DNA of 64,000 nt from Fimicolochytrium jonesii. Its lineage: Eukaryota. The stretch is taken from positions 2,170,001 to 2,234,000 of the forward strand of contig NW_026515668.1 in the NCBI RefSeq assembly GCF_025526975.1, read 5' to 3'. This document shows positions 62,833 through 64,000 of the stretch, in pieces. The position numbers and the translations under genes were made by a program. Each line of letters starts with the position of its first letter. Position 1 is the first letter of the stretch. The notes beneath the pieces were generated by a model. That model saw only the letters and a program-made list of their open reading frames with translations, was not told where the DNA came from and searched no databases.

Positions 62833-64000
62833 TTAGCCATGGCGTCTGGATGTTGTTTTGATGTTGGCAGGCTTTGGTCGGCGTTTGTCGGGGTACTTTT
62901 GGTGGAACTGGGCAACAAGCTCTTGACATCGGGCAAGGTGTTCCACTGGCTCCCATGTGTTCTCCGAGCTTGGCCAACCCTGCCACTTGATGAGGTACTG
63001 AAGGTGCGTGCGTCGAATACGGGAGTCAAGAATGTCTTCCACAATCCATTCCTCCTGTCCTTCCACTTCTTCTGGTGGGGTGGGTTCTGGCTCAGTTCGC
63101 TCCGGAATGGTGAAACGTGGTTCAAGAAGGGAGACATGGAAGACGTTGTGAATTTTGTAGGATGGGGGAAGCTTGAGGCGATATGTGACCGAGTTGATCT
63201 TCTCCGTGATTGTGAAGGGGCCAATCTTACGGTGATCAAGTTTCTGGGAAGGTCGGAGAGTCTTGAGATTCCGCTGTAAGAGCCAGACACTGTCCCCGGG
63301 TTTCATGTCTGGGCCAGGTGCCCTCTTAGCATCGGCAAAGCGCTTCATGCGTCCTTGGGCCTCCTTGAGCTCAGTGGCAAGCTGTTCATGGATTTCCTTG
63401 AGATGGTTGGCGCGAGCTTCGGCTGCAGGATTAAGGGATTCGGTTGTGGTGGCGGAAGCCAGACTGAATCGAGGATGGAACCCATAGTTGGCGTAGAAGG
63501 GGGTTGTCTGGGTGGCGGAGTGGATGGTGTTATTGTAAGAGAACTCAGCAGAAGACAAGAGTTCCTTCCAGTTATCTTGTTGATAGTTGCAAAAGCAGCG
63601 AAGGTATTGCTCAAGAATCTGATTGGTCCGCTCGGTTTGTCCATCGCTCTGGGGATGGAACGCCGATGAGAGGTTGACCTTGGTTCCCAGGAGAGCGAAG
63701 AGACGTTTCCAGAAGTGGGAGTTGAACTGTGGGCCACGGTCAGATACAATATCGTCGGGGAGTCCATGGAGCCGGATGACATGGTGCCAGATCAGATCTG
63801 CAGTTGACTCAGCGGTGGCAGTTTTCCTGCACGGTACAAAGTGCGCCATCTTGGTGAACCGGCAGATGACAACGAGCACAGAATCAACCCCATCACTGGC
63901 GGGTAGATCCGTGATGAAGTCCATGGAAATTGACCCCCAGGGGCGGTCAGGGACCTGCAGGGGTTGGAGGAGACCGTAGGGCTTGTGTCTGCTGGTCTTG
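62833..64000 (-). CDS. pol: Integrase plus chromodomain (3' end of pol) of element 2, 5'-partial
   Basis: Open frame with DDE triad (SMDFI, VSDRG, GQTER), GPF motif and chromodomain EEWIVEDILDSR...YLIKWQGWPSSENTWEP. Confidence 0.93.
   Translation of the reverse strand, partial: KTSRHKPYGLLQPLQVPDRPWGSISMDFITDLPASDGVDSVLVVICRFTKMAHFVPCRKTATAESTADLIWHHVIRLHGLPDDIVSDRGPQFNSHFWKRLFALLGTKVNLSSAFHPQSDGQTERTNQILEQYLRCFCNYQQDNWKELLSSAEFSYNNTIHSATQTTPFYANYGFHPRFSLASATTTESLNPAAEARANHLKEIHEQLATELKEAQGRMKRFADAKRAPGPDMKPGDSVWLLQRNLKTLRPSQKLDHRKIGPFTITEKINSVTYRLKLPPSYKIHNVFHVSLLEPRFTIPERTEPEPTPPEEVEGQEEWIVEDILDSRIRRTHLQYLIKWQGWPSSENTWEPVEHLARCQELVAQFHQKYPDKRRPKPANIKTTSRRHG

Larger units (their letters stand above)
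62291..64000 (-). mobile_element. Second Ty3/gypsy chromovirus (element 2), 3' end, nested in the gag of element 1; continues beyond the window
   Basis: Integrase-chromodomain ORF 62833 to the window end, PPT at about 62821-62835 and 3' LTR 62291-62820. Confidence 0.93.

Overview
Eukaryotic, intron-rich genomic DNA of roughly mid-50s % GC by eye. It is most likely an early-diverging (chytrid-like) fungus, inferred from short GT-AG introns, HIS6, VCX1 and genes that budding yeast lacks (ATG101, MCM-BP, UBE2W, villin with headpiece, STE20-CNH kinase). Bases 1-55.5 kb are a dense block of about 20 mostly housekeeping genes: AGC1, VCX1, villin/supervillin-like, UBE2W, F-BAR RhoGAP, GH115, AP-3 beta, a small secreted Cys-rich protein, SF3B2, MAP4K-like kinase, RAE1, TFIIIC subunit 6, MCM-BP, USP37-like, VPS33, ATG101, a PPR protein, ELP1 and HIS6. 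The intronless GH115 carries bacterial-type motifs and is a horizontal-transfer candidate. From about 55.8 kb the window switches to a layered mobile zone. An array of subterminal-type repeats precedes a spliced, frameshifted HECT E3-ligase-like gene. That gene is cut at 57595 by a Ty3/gypsy chromovirus, whose gag is itself interrupted at 62290 by a second, related but distinct chromovirus. I found no tRNA, rRNA or CRISPR array. Exon boundaries were read by eye and gene spans include introns. No database search was possible.
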